From Bacteroidia bacterium (GTDB lineage Bacteria; Bacteroidota; Bacteroidia; JADZBD01), in the NCBI GenBank assembly GCA_020054095.1, contig JAGVMA010000068.1:77955-141954 (forward strand): 64,000 nt of DNA, in the 5' to 3' direction. This document shows positions 56,345-64,000 of the stretch, piece after piece. The notes under the pieces are model-generated. The model saw nothing but the letters and a program-made list of their open reading frames with translations, was not told the DNA's origin and ran no database searches. Both the position numbers and the translations under genes were made by a program. Each line of letters opens with the position of its first letter. The first letter of the stretch is position 1.

Positions 56345-57580
56345 TTATTGCTTTATAAATTTCCGCATAAGCGGACCGCTTGTGAGCGATGTTACAAGCG
56401 CCATTATTACAAGTGCTACAAATATTTTCAAAGAAATTAATCCTGCATTATATGCGAGTGTGCCAAGTATAATTTCCATGGCTCCACGGGCATTTAATCC
56501 AAAACCTACGGCTAAGGCATTACTGTTTTTCATGCCCCCCCAATAAGCACCAAGACTTGCGCCTACAACTTTTCCTATATATGCCAAAACGAGCACAATA
56601 AGCACAATATCTAATTCAAAATTTTCAATAAAATTTACTTTCAATCCGATAGAGACAAAAAACAGGGGCGCAAAAAAATTAGTAACAAACTGGTGAATTA
56701 TTTCGCGAGCTTTTTCATTAAGGTGCACCGAATCGCCAAAAGCAATGCCGGCAATAAATGCACCAAGTATGGCATGTATGTTTATACTTTCTGTAAAAGC
56801 TGCTGATAATAAACAGATGCCAAGCGAAATAGAAAGCACACCGCCCGGCCAGCTTAGTTTTGTTTGCATCCATGGTAATGTGCGGTCAATAATACGCTTG
56901 CCAATGGTGAGCATAAATAAACCAAAGCCAATAATGTAAACGATGGTGTAACCAAGCGCCATTTTATCGGTATTGCCGGCAGAGAGCGATAAAACCAATG
57001 AAAAAATTAACCATCCAATTAAATCATTAAACATTGCTGATGCAATAATGAGCATGCCCACATTGGTTTTAAATAAATTCATATCCATTAGTATGCGGGC
57101 AATAACAGGCAGTGCAGATATGGATAATGCTGTTCCGAAAAATAGTGCAAATAAGAATTTGTTCCACTCTGTTAAGTCGTCAATAAATATTTCAGGAAAA
57201 AACCAAGCCGTAGCAAATCCGGTGAAAAAGGGAATTACCATACTCATGAAGCTTGTGTAAACGGCAAGCTTGCCTTGCTTTAACATAAGTGGCAACTGCA
57301 CTTCCATCCCAGCAACAAAAAGTAACATGATTACCGATAAGCTAAAAATTCCGTCCATTGCAATGGGAATTGAACCATCACGCGGAAATAAATAATTAAA
57401 CATTTCAGGATTTAATTGCCCGAAAATGGTGGGCCCAAGAAGAATCCCCACTAATAGTTCGCCCATTACCACAGGTAGTTTAAAGCGCTTACCAAGTTCG
57501 GCTACAATGCGAGATAAAATCAGCATTGTGCTTATTGATAGCAGCAGTACAATTAAATCGTGGTGGCTTAACTTACTCAT
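56345..57580 (-). CDS. cation:proton antiporter (CPA2-type Na+/H+ exchanger family)
   Basis: The product is 411 aa with about 11-12 TM helices and the typical opening LLLSISTMLILSRIVAELGKRFKLPVVMGELLVGILLGP. Confidence 0.85.
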   Translation of the reverse strand: MSKLSHHDLIVLLLSISTMLILSRIVAELGKRFKLPVVMGELLVGILLGPTIFGQLNPEMFNYLFPRDGSIPIAMDGIFSLSVIMLLFVAGMEVQLPLMLKQGKLAVYTSFMSMVIPFFTGFATAWFFPEIFIDDLTEWNKFLFALFFGTALSISALPVIARILMDMNLFKTNVGMLIIASAMFNDLIGWLIFSLVLSLSAGNTDKMALGYTIVYIIGFGLFMLTIGKRIIDRTLPWMQTKLSWPGGVLSISLGICLLSAAFTESINIHAILGAFIAGIAFGDSVHLNEKAREIIHQFVTNFFAPLFFVSIGLKVNFIENFELDIVLIVLVLAYIGKVVGASLGAYWGGMKNSNALAVGFGLNARGAMEIILGTLAYNAGLISLKIFVALVIMALVTSLTSGPLMRKFIKQ

Positions 57581-57584
57581 AAAA

Positions 57585-58466
57585 TTACAAGCGCGAATGG
57601 ACTATTAATACATTACAAGGTAAATCGGCAAGGATGTATTCAATATCGTGAGTGAAAATTCTGTCGAACACGTTTAGTTGTGTATCGGGCGAATTCATAA
57701 CTAACAAATCTGCTTTTTTATCCCGGGCATATTTGCTGATGGCATAGCCTGGTTTTCCGTTTACAATTTTCTCGTTAATTTTTATTTTTTTGGTATTACA
57801 TTTTTTTAAAACCAATTGCAACTTCTCTTCCTCCTCGGTTGATATTGATTTTTTTAAAACTTTTGCTTCGGGTGCCGTGCTGTCATCGGCAATGGTCATT
57901 GCAAGTGCAGGTGTATGTACTTCTTTTACCACGCTAATTTCATCCACCATGTAATTTTCGGCCAAATAAATTGCGGTATTAATGGTGTGAATGGTTTTTG
58001 CATTTTCAACTCCGTTCACTATAATTTTTTTCGGTTTGGCAGCATCCACACTTGGCTTGGTTAATAATAGTACCGAACATTTTGCTTTGCGGCTGATGCT
58101 TCTGGCTAATGTGCCTAAATAAAAATTTAGCAAGTTCTCTTTTTGCAGTGCGCCTATAATGAGTAAATCAACTATATTAAGTTTGCAGTAACTTAAAATG
58201 GTATCCACCGCATTTCCTTCTGCCCAAATTACTCGAACATGATTATTGTCGAGCCCTACTTTGGTTAGCAGTTTTTCTAATTTCTCCTCTTTGTTTTGCG
58301 ATTTTGCGCCCACGTGAATTAAAATAAGTCCGGCTTCTAAAACAAAGGACAGTCGCTTAGCTTCGGCTAAAACGGCCTCTAAGCGTGGCGAAAATGCAAT
58401 AGCCACAGCTATTGTTTCAAAAGGGTGCGCGGGGCGTTTTTTTAATTTAGATAAATCAAAATTCAT
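57585..58466 (-). CDS. tandem universal stress protein (UspA) domain protein
   Basis: Two USP-like halves are present, and the protein ends with the typical C-terminal PCNVLIVH. It lies 4 nt upstream of the antiporter. TACCTTTG at 58490-58497 lies 23 nt upstream of the ATG. Confidence 0.7.
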   Translation of the reverse strand: MNFDLSKLKKRPAHPFETIAVAIAFSPRLEAVLAEAKRLSFVLEAGLILIHVGAKSQNKEEKLEKLLTKVGLDNNHVRVIWAEGNAVDTILSYCKLNIVDLLIIGALQKENLLNFYLGTLARSISRKAKCSVLLLTKPSVDAAKPKKIIVNGVENAKTIHTINTAIYLAENYMVDEISVVKEVHTPALAMTIADDSTAPEAKVLKKSISTEEEEKLQLVLKKCNTKKIKINEKIVNGKPGYAISKYARDKKADLLVMNSPDTQLNVFDRIFTHDIEYILADLPCNVLIVHSRL

Positions 58467-58583
58467 TTTTCTATAAGTTTGATTACAAGCAAAGGTATAA
58501 TTCTAACCACAATAATTATTAATATCTTCTAAATCGTAAAACCTAAAAATTACGTAAGTTTAACCGTCTTACAGAACCGAACA

Positions 58584-59312
58584 ATGCCCATTTTAATTTT
58601 CTTTTTATCGCACTGGTTTTTATCGTTATTTTTTCAAACCTTTTTTTTGCATCGTTATGCATCGCATAAAATGTTTACGATGAAAAACGGTTGGGAAAAA
58701 ATATTTTACTTCTTCACATTTTTTTCGCAAGGCGCATCGTTTTTAAACCCGCGAGCTTATGCAATAATGCACCGCATGCATCACGCCTACAGCGATACAG
58801 ATAAAGACCCACACTCGCCACATTTTATAAAAGATGTGTGGGGGCTTATGATGAAAACTAAAGATATTTACTTGGCGTATGCAAAATATAAAACCGAACC
58901 AGAGGCAGAGTTTAGAGACCGCTACCCAACTTGGAATTTTATTGACAAACTAAGCGATAGCTGGTTAATTAGAATATTATTTGCACTTAGTTACATAGCA
59001 TTTTACATAGCATTTGCCACTCAGTGGTGGATGTATTTGCTTTTGCCATTCCATTTTTTTATGGGGCCAGTGCATGGTGCTATTGTAAATTGGTGTGGAC
59101 ATAAATACGGCTACTCAAATTACGATAACGATGACCACAGCAAAAATACATTGCCTTTAGATTTTTTAATGATGGGCGAATTGTTTCAGAACAATCATCA
59201 CAAAAGCCCTAATAATGCCAACTTCGCAAAAAAATGGTTCGAGTTCGACCCCACGTTTCCAATCATGAAACTGATGCACGCATTTAGAATAATTAAAATC
59301 AGAAAAATATAA
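58584..59312 (+). CDS. acyl-CoA/acyl-lipid fatty acid desaturase
   Basis: TM helices and the histidine boxes HRYASH, HRMHHAYSD and HNNHH (FQNNHHKSP) are present. Confidence 0.8.
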   Translation: MPILIFFLSHWFLSLFFQTFFLHRYASHKMFTMKNGWEKIFYFFTFFSQGASFLNPRAYAIMHRMHHAYSDTDKDPHSPHFIKDVWGLMMKTKDIYLAYAKYKTEPEAEFRDRYPTWNFIDKLSDSWLIRILFALSYIAFYIAFATQWWMYLLLPFHFFMGPVHGAIVNWCGHKYGYSNYDNDDHSKNTLPLDFLMMGELFQNNHHKSPNNANFAKKWFEFDPTFPIMKLMHAFRIIKIRKI

Positions 59313-59334
59313 TTTAACAATAAAAAATTCCATT

Positions 59335-60123
59335 ATGAATCCATTTGTTTCTATTCCTTTAGTTTCTTTTGCAGTTTGCAGTTTAATAATGATATGCGTT
59401 TGGATATGGGCTTACCGTATTCAGAACGCAGGTGTGGTTGATATTTTTTGGGCATTTAATTTCACTGCTATAGCCGCAGTAATTTATTTTATGGCCGATG
59501 GATATATGGTTAGGAAAGAAGTAGTTTGCCTTTTAGCCGGCTTGTGGAGCTTACGATTGGCAATTTATTTGCTCATAAGAGTGGGTTCGCATTTAGATGT
59601 GGAAGAGGGCAGGTACAAGCAATTGCGAAAAGAATGGGGTCCTAATCCCGACAGAACTTTTTTTATTTTCTTCCAGGCACAAGCCATGTCTAATGTTTTT
59701 TTAGCAATTCCGTTTTTCATCATTGCTCTTAATCCTAATCTAGAGATGAGTATACTTGAATACATAGGAGCAGGTATGTGGCTTGTGTCAATTATTGGCG
59801 AGGGCTTATCTGATTATCAATTAAAAAAATTCAAATCTAATCCGGCAAATAAAGGTAAGGTCTGCCAATCAGGATTGTGGAATTACTCTCGTCATCCCAA
59901 TTATTTTTTCCAATTTATGATTTGGGTATCGGTACTTATTTTTGCATTGGCAAGTCCTTACGGATGGATTTCGGTGGTGTGCCCGCTAACTATTTTTTAC
60001 TTAATATGGAAAGTTACCGGAATACCCATGACCGAAGAACAATCGTTAAGAACTAAAGGCGATGCTTTTCGCGAATACCAACGCACAACCAGTGTTTTTG
60101 TTCCATGGTTCAAGAAAAAATAA
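59335..60123 (+). CDS. DUF1295 (steroid 5-alpha-reductase/ICMT-like) membrane protein
   Basis: The product is multi-TM. GLWNYSRHPNYFFQFMIW is the conserved DUF1295 C-terminal motif. Confidence 0.75.
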   Translation: MNPFVSIPLVSFAVCSLIMICVWIWAYRIQNAGVVDIFWAFNFTAIAAVIYFMADGYMVRKEVVCLLAGLWSLRLAIYLLIRVGSHLDVEEGRYKQLRKEWGPNPDRTFFIFFQAQAMSNVFLAIPFFIIALNPNLEMSILEYIGAGMWLVSIIGEGLSDYQLKKFKSNPANKGKVCQSGLWNYSRHPNYFFQFMIWVSVLIFALASPYGWISVVCPLTIFYLIWKVTGIPMTEEQSLRTKGDAFREYQRTTSVFVPWFKKK

Positions 60124-60171
60124 TTCCTTTTCAATTCATAATATAAAATTCACAATTTATAATTTATTACT

Positions 60172-61200
60172 GTGTGGTACGACTCACTGCTTGAGAAAAA
60201 TTTAGTCCCCGATTTTTTAATTCGTAAAGGTATTCGCAATTTATTGCGTGTGCGATTGCGCGAAGAAAATAAAGGAACACCCGAAGCCAATAAAAAACAT
60301 TTACTCGCTTTGATTGACGAACTGAAAAAATCGCCAATAGCCATTGAAACCAAAGCAGCCAATGAACAGCACTACGAAGTGCCCACCGAGTTTTATAAAC
60401 TATGCTTAGGCAAAAATTTAAAATACAGTGGATGCTATTATAAAGATGGCATTAATAATTTGGATACTGCTGAAGATGATATGCTGGAGCTTACTTGCCA
60501 GCGTGCTGAACTGAAAAACGGAATAGATATTTTAGAACTTGGTTGCGGCTGGGGCTCGTTGTCATTATTTATGGCGGCTAAGTTTCCGCAAAGTGCTATC
60601 ACTGCTGTGTCTAATTCGGCTACACAAAAATTACACATTGATGCCGAAGCAGCTAAAAGAGGAATTAAAAACTTAACAATTATTACTTCCGATATTAATC
60701 AGTTTTCTATTGACAAAAAATTTGACAGAGTAGTTTCTGTAGAAATGTTTGAGCACATGCGTAATTACCAAGAATTGATGAAACACATTGCAGGGTGGCT
60801 TAAAGACGAAGGCAAACTTTTCGTTCACATTTTTACTCATAAAACTTATGCCTATAAATTTGAAGTTAAAGATGAAACCGACTGGATGAGCAAATATTTT
60901 TTTACAGGTGGCATTATGCCAAGCAACGATTTGCTTTTTTATTTTAGTGAACATTTAGTAAAAGAAAATTTTTGGGAAGTGAATGGGGTTCACTATTCAA
61001 AAACTGCCGAACATTGGCTCGATAATACAGATAAAAACAAAACACAAATTTTAAAACTATTTACCCAAACATATAGCGAGAAAGATGCTTTAAAATGGTT
61101 TGTGTATTGGCGCATCTTTTTTATGGCATGCTCAGAATTGTGGAAGTTTAAAGGTGGCACCGAGTGGATGGTTTGCCATTATTTGTTTAAAAAGAAATAG
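60172..61200 (+). CDS. cyclopropane-fatty-acyl-phospholipid synthase family methyltransferase
   Basis: The start codon is GTG. The N-terminus LLEKNLVPDFLIRKGIRNLL, the SAM motif ILELGCGWGSL and SVEMFEHM are typical of Cfa/mycolic-acid methyltransferase-like enzymes. Confidence 0.8.
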   Translation: MWYDSLLEKNLVPDFLIRKGIRNLLRVRLREENKGTPEANKKHLLALIDELKKSPIAIETKAANEQHYEVPTEFYKLCLGKNLKYSGCYYKDGINNLDTAEDDMLELTCQRAELKNGIDILELGCGWGSLSLFMAAKFPQSAITAVSNSATQKLHIDAEAAKRGIKNLTIITSDINQFSIDKKFDRVVSVEMFEHMRNYQELMKHIAGWLKDEGKLFVHIFTHKTYAYKFEVKDETDWMSKYFFTGGIMPSNDLLFYFSEHLVKENFWEVNGVHYSKTAEHWLDNTDKNKTQILKLFTQTYSEKDALKWFVYWRIFFMACSELWKFKGGTEWMVCHYLFKKK

Positions 61201-61241
61201 CATCTGTTGGCTTGGTATTTGTATTTTTGAAATCATTAAAC

Positions 61242-62186
61242 ATGATTTATATGCGCACACTTAAATTACTTTTCGTTTTCATATTATTTTCATTAGCTGC
61301 TGGTGCCCAAAAAAAGGAAATAGAAAAAATAAAAGAAGAAGGCAATGCGCTATATATTATGGAGCTTGCCAATACGGTTTCCTTAGATGTGTTTTACGAA
61401 AACGAATTTGATGCGAAATCACTAAAAGGTTTTATGTCATATAAAGACAAAGATTCCATCAGAACTATTTTTTATACTGAGGTTGATACAACTGCTCCTA
61501 AATTTAAGCAGCAACCCGATTCAATAAAGAAATTGTACAAAACCAAAATGGACATTACTGTTATTATAAAATCGTTTGCATATAAAAAGGGTATTAACAA
61601 AAAAGGATGCATAATTGCTGAAGTATCGCGTAAGCCCAATGATTATGAAAAAGTGTTGCTTGATGCCAAGTATAAAGTACAAGAGGAATTTGCAAAAGAT
61701 ACTTCTAAATACAAGCGTTTTGAAGGAACTACGATGAGCGTATTGATACTTGATTATGCTAAGTTTTTAAAAGTTTATATGATTACATTGCCTAACGGAC
61801 CCGGGCATATAACTTTTGGTAACGACTATTATTTCGAGTACGATAAAAAAACGCAAACTATTGCTAAGCGCGAAAAAATACATAACACACTTATACCTAT
61901 ACCATGTAAATATTACGGAAAGAAAAACGATCCGGTGAAATCTACATTTCATAATCACAAAGGCAACTCGCCTTATATAACCGCTACCGATGTTTGCATC
62001 CTTTTGCTTTTTAAAGGCACAATGGAGTGGGAGCAGCACTATGTTCATTCAGAAAAATGGACTTCGAGTTATACTATGTATAATGGAAGTTTAACAATTA
62101 TTGACAGTAAAACTTTTAAAGAGCAAACCAAGCCAAAAGAAAAAGATCCGTATGAAAATCCGGACGAGAAAAAGGAAGGCGAGTAA
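61242..62186 (+). CDS. hypothetical secreted protein
   Basis: ATG at 61242 or 61251 is preferred over the TTG at 61212. A signal peptide (LLFVFILFSLAAGAQ) is present. I recognised no motif. Confidence 0.45.
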   Translation: MIYMRTLKLLFVFILFSLAAGAQKKEIEKIKEEGNALYIMELANTVSLDVFYENEFDAKSLKGFMSYKDKDSIRTIFYTEVDTTAPKFKQQPDSIKKLYKTKMDITVIIKSFAYKKGINKKGCIIAEVSRKPNDYEKVLLDAKYKVQEEFAKDTSKYKRFEGTTMSVLILDYAKFLKVYMITLPNGPGHITFGNDYYFEYDKKTQTIAKREKIHNTLIPIPCKYYGKKNDPVKSTFHNHKGNSPYITATDVCILLLFKGTMEWEQHYVHSEKWTSSYTMYNGSLTIIDSKTFKEQTKPKEKDPYENPDEKKEGE

Positions 62187-62897
62187 TTATTTCTTTTTTA
62201 ATTCGGATAGTTTTCGCTGAATGTACGATTGTGTTGGAAGTAAACTGTTTTGAATTCTTCGGGCATAATGAATTGAATCTAAAATTTCTTTTTGCTTTTC
62301 TTCCACCACTTCTTTTTGTTTTTTTATAGTTGCCTCGTATTTTCGGTTGGCTATTTTAAATTGAAAAATGATGATAGCGCAGTGCGTAAACACACATGCA
62401 AGCACTAATAAAAATGTGTACTCAATGTTTTCAGCACTTGCTGCTTCAAAAGGAATGTGAGTTTTCTTAATAAAGTAAGATGCAAAGAAGGTAATTGAGG
62501 TTATTGCAACCGAGCCAACGCATACAAGCACGTTATCGTAAATAATGAATGGAATTAAACCAAGCGGCACCAAGAAATATTCCACTCCACCGCCCGGTAG
62601 TTCTAAGCTGCAGTAAAATACATTTACAAGTATTGATACAAATATCCAAGCCATAGATGCATTATGCCAGCGCATTTTACTTAGCACCAAATAAAACAGA
62701 CACGATGTGCCTGCCCAAAATTGAACTTGCGTATAATAGTTGTGCTTTATAAATACCAAAAACGGAACAAAAAGATAAGTGGTGAGCATTGCCAAAAAAC
62801 ACATCTGGTTTATTAGGCGCAACTTTCTAAGTTCAGCACTTCGCTCAGTAGCGCTAATACTTATATTGGATATATTTTGCCAAAAACTCTTTATCAT
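62187..62897 (-). CDS. 6-TM membrane protein with the same short conserved C-terminal peptide as the TPR sensor
   Basis: ATG at 62897 is preferred; the track start at 62978 would run through the upstream terminator. Six hydrophobic helices are followed by a C-terminus ending EEKQKEILDSIHYARRIQNSLLPTQS... Confidence 0.6.
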   Translation of the reverse strand: MIKSFWQNISNISISATERSAELRKLRLINQMCFLAMLTTYLFVPFLVFIKHNYYTQVQFWAGTSCLFYLVLSKMRWHNASMAWIFVSILVNVFYCSLELPGGGVEYFLVPLGLIPFIIYDNVLVCVGSVAITSITFFASYFIKKTHIPFEAASAENIEYTFLLVLACVFTHCAIIIFQFKIANRKYEATIKKQKEVVEEKQKEILDSIHYARRIQNSLLPTQSYIQRKLSELKKK

Positions 62898-62903
62898 AAA
62901 AAA

Positions 62904-62924
62904 AGCGCTGCAATTAGCAGCGCT
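62904..62924 (-). terminator. Rho-independent terminator after the P5C dehydrogenase gene
   Basis: The stem AGCGCTGC / GCAGCGCT with a 5-nt loop is followed on the minus strand by TTTTTT, immediately before ATG 62897. Confidence 0.65.
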
Positions 62925-62931
62925 GATTTGA

Positions 62932-64000
62932 TTAATCTTTTTGTAAAAATGGGTAACGGTAATCTGTAGGTGGAACAAAAACTTCTTTAATTGTTCGAGG
63001 CGAAACCCAGCGAAGTAAATTTATTTTTGAGCCTGCCTTGTCGTTTGTTCCACTGCCGCGTCCACCACCAAATGGCTGCTGGCCAACTACTGCGCCTGTA
63101 CATTTATCATTGATATAAAAATTACCGGCAGCGTTAACCAATGCTTTTGTTGATTTTTCTATCGCATATCTGTCTTGTGCAATTATTGCACCCGTTAATG
63201 CGTATACCGATGTGCGATCAATGATTTTTAATGTTTCATCGTATTTATTGTCGTCATAAACGTAGACAGTTAACACAGGCCCAAACAATTCTTCGCACAT
63301 AGTAACATACATTGGGTCTTTGGTTTGAATAATGGTGGGTTCAATAAAATAACCTTTTGTTTTATTGTAGTTGCCGCCTGCAATTATTTCGGTTTTCTTA
63401 TCTTTCTTAGCCCGATCAATATAACCCGCTAATTTATCGAACGATTTTTCGTCAATAACAGCGTTAAAGAAACAAGTAAAATCTTCGGTTCCGCCCATTT
63501 TTATTGATTTTAAATCAGTAATCAGTTGCTCCTTTATTTCTTTCCATAACGATTTTGCAATGTAAACACGCGATGCAGCCGAGCATTTTTGACCCTGATA
63601 CTCAAAAGCACCTCTCACAATAGCTGTGGAAGCAATTTTTGCATCGGCACTTGGATGAATTAAAATAAAATCTTTACCACCCGTTTCGCCCACAATGCGC
63701 GGATACGATTTATACAAGTGCATATTGTTGCCTATATTTTTCCATATACTTTGAAAAACTTCGGTTGAGCCCGTGAAATGTATTCCTGCAAAATCTTTAT
63801 CGGCAAAAATAACATCAGCAGCATCGGGGCCACTTGGGTAAATTAAATTTATAACACCATCCGGAACACCGGCTTTGTTAAAAATTTCCATCAATACATT
63901 TGCCGAATATACTTGCGTGTTGCTCGGTTTCCATACCACCACGTTTCCCATCATGGCACACGATGATGGCAAGTTACCCGCAATAGCCGTGAAATTAAAT
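62932..64000 (-). CDS. pruA: L-glutamate gamma-semialdehyde (1-pyrroline-5-carboxylate) dehydrogenase, N-terminus outside window
   Basis: This is an aldehyde dehydrogenase fold with the catalytic Cys in EYQGQKCSAASR and the Glu motif GETGGKD. The C-terminal tail is RWVSPRTIKEVFVPPTDYRYPFL. The frame stays open to the window end (...FNFTAIAGNLPSS...). Confidence 0.85.
   Translation of the reverse strand, partial: FNFTAIAGNLPSSCAMMGNVVVWKPSNTQVYSANVLMEIFNKAGVPDGVINLIYPSGPDAADVIFADKDFAGIHFTGSTEVFQSIWKNIGNNMHLYKSYPRIVGETGGKDFILIHPSADAKIASTAIVRGAFEYQGQKCSAASRVYIAKSLWKEIKEQLITDLKSIKMGGTEDFTCFFNAVIDEKSFDKLAGYIDRAKKDKKTEIIAGGNYNKTKGYFIEPTIIQTKDPMYVTMCEELFGPVLTVYVYDDNKYDETLKIIDRTSVYALTGAIIAQDRYAIEKSTKALVNAAGNFYINDKCTGAVVGQQPFGGGRGSGTNDKAGSKINLLRWVSPRTIKEVFVPPTDYRYPFLQKD

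Overview
This is an AT-rich chromosomal segment of Bacteroidota type. The evidence is T9SS type A and type B C-terminal sorting domains, a PorP/SprF gene, TAnnTTTG -7 promoter boxes and almost no Shine-Dalgarno sequences. I support about 50 protein-coding genes and several Rho-independent terminators and promoter candidates. I recognised no tRNA, rRNA, CRISPR array, transposase, integrase or prophage block, so this looks like core chromosome rather than a mobile or defence island. Main blocks, in order: (1) 1-6.8 kb, a tightly coupled glycan-modification operon with two SDR epimerases, a methyltransferase, a deacetylase-like protein, a sugar N-formyltransferase-like protein, WbqC and a divergent GT-like protein, plus a convergent methyltransferase. 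(2) Housekeeping genes pyrF, prfA, rplS, rpmE, purA, gltA, murQ, pbpC and a partial P5C dehydrogenase. (3) Three giant secreted proteins with T9SS sorting domains; one has 14 tandem 88-aa Asp-box repeats and is followed by a PorP/SprF::SPOR fusion. (4) An Omp85-family gene followed by a 1124-aa protein laid out as beta-barrel-like domain, poly-Asn linker, seven Ig-like repeats and a Lys/Pro tail, with no T9SS sorting domain. I consider this the best candidate for an undescribed system (inverse-autotransporter-like display or an OM tether). (5) Envelope and lipid remodelling clusters: LptF/G, two GT2 and PAP2; and desaturase, DUF1295 and a Cfa-like methyltransferase. Other points worth a second look: two unrelated membrane sensors share a near-identical C-terminal peptide with no output domain; a 781-bp stretch has no credible ORF; and at least five genes have a -7 box 5-7 nt before the ATG, suggesting leaderless mRNAs. 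All functional calls come from motif recognition by eye. No database search was run.
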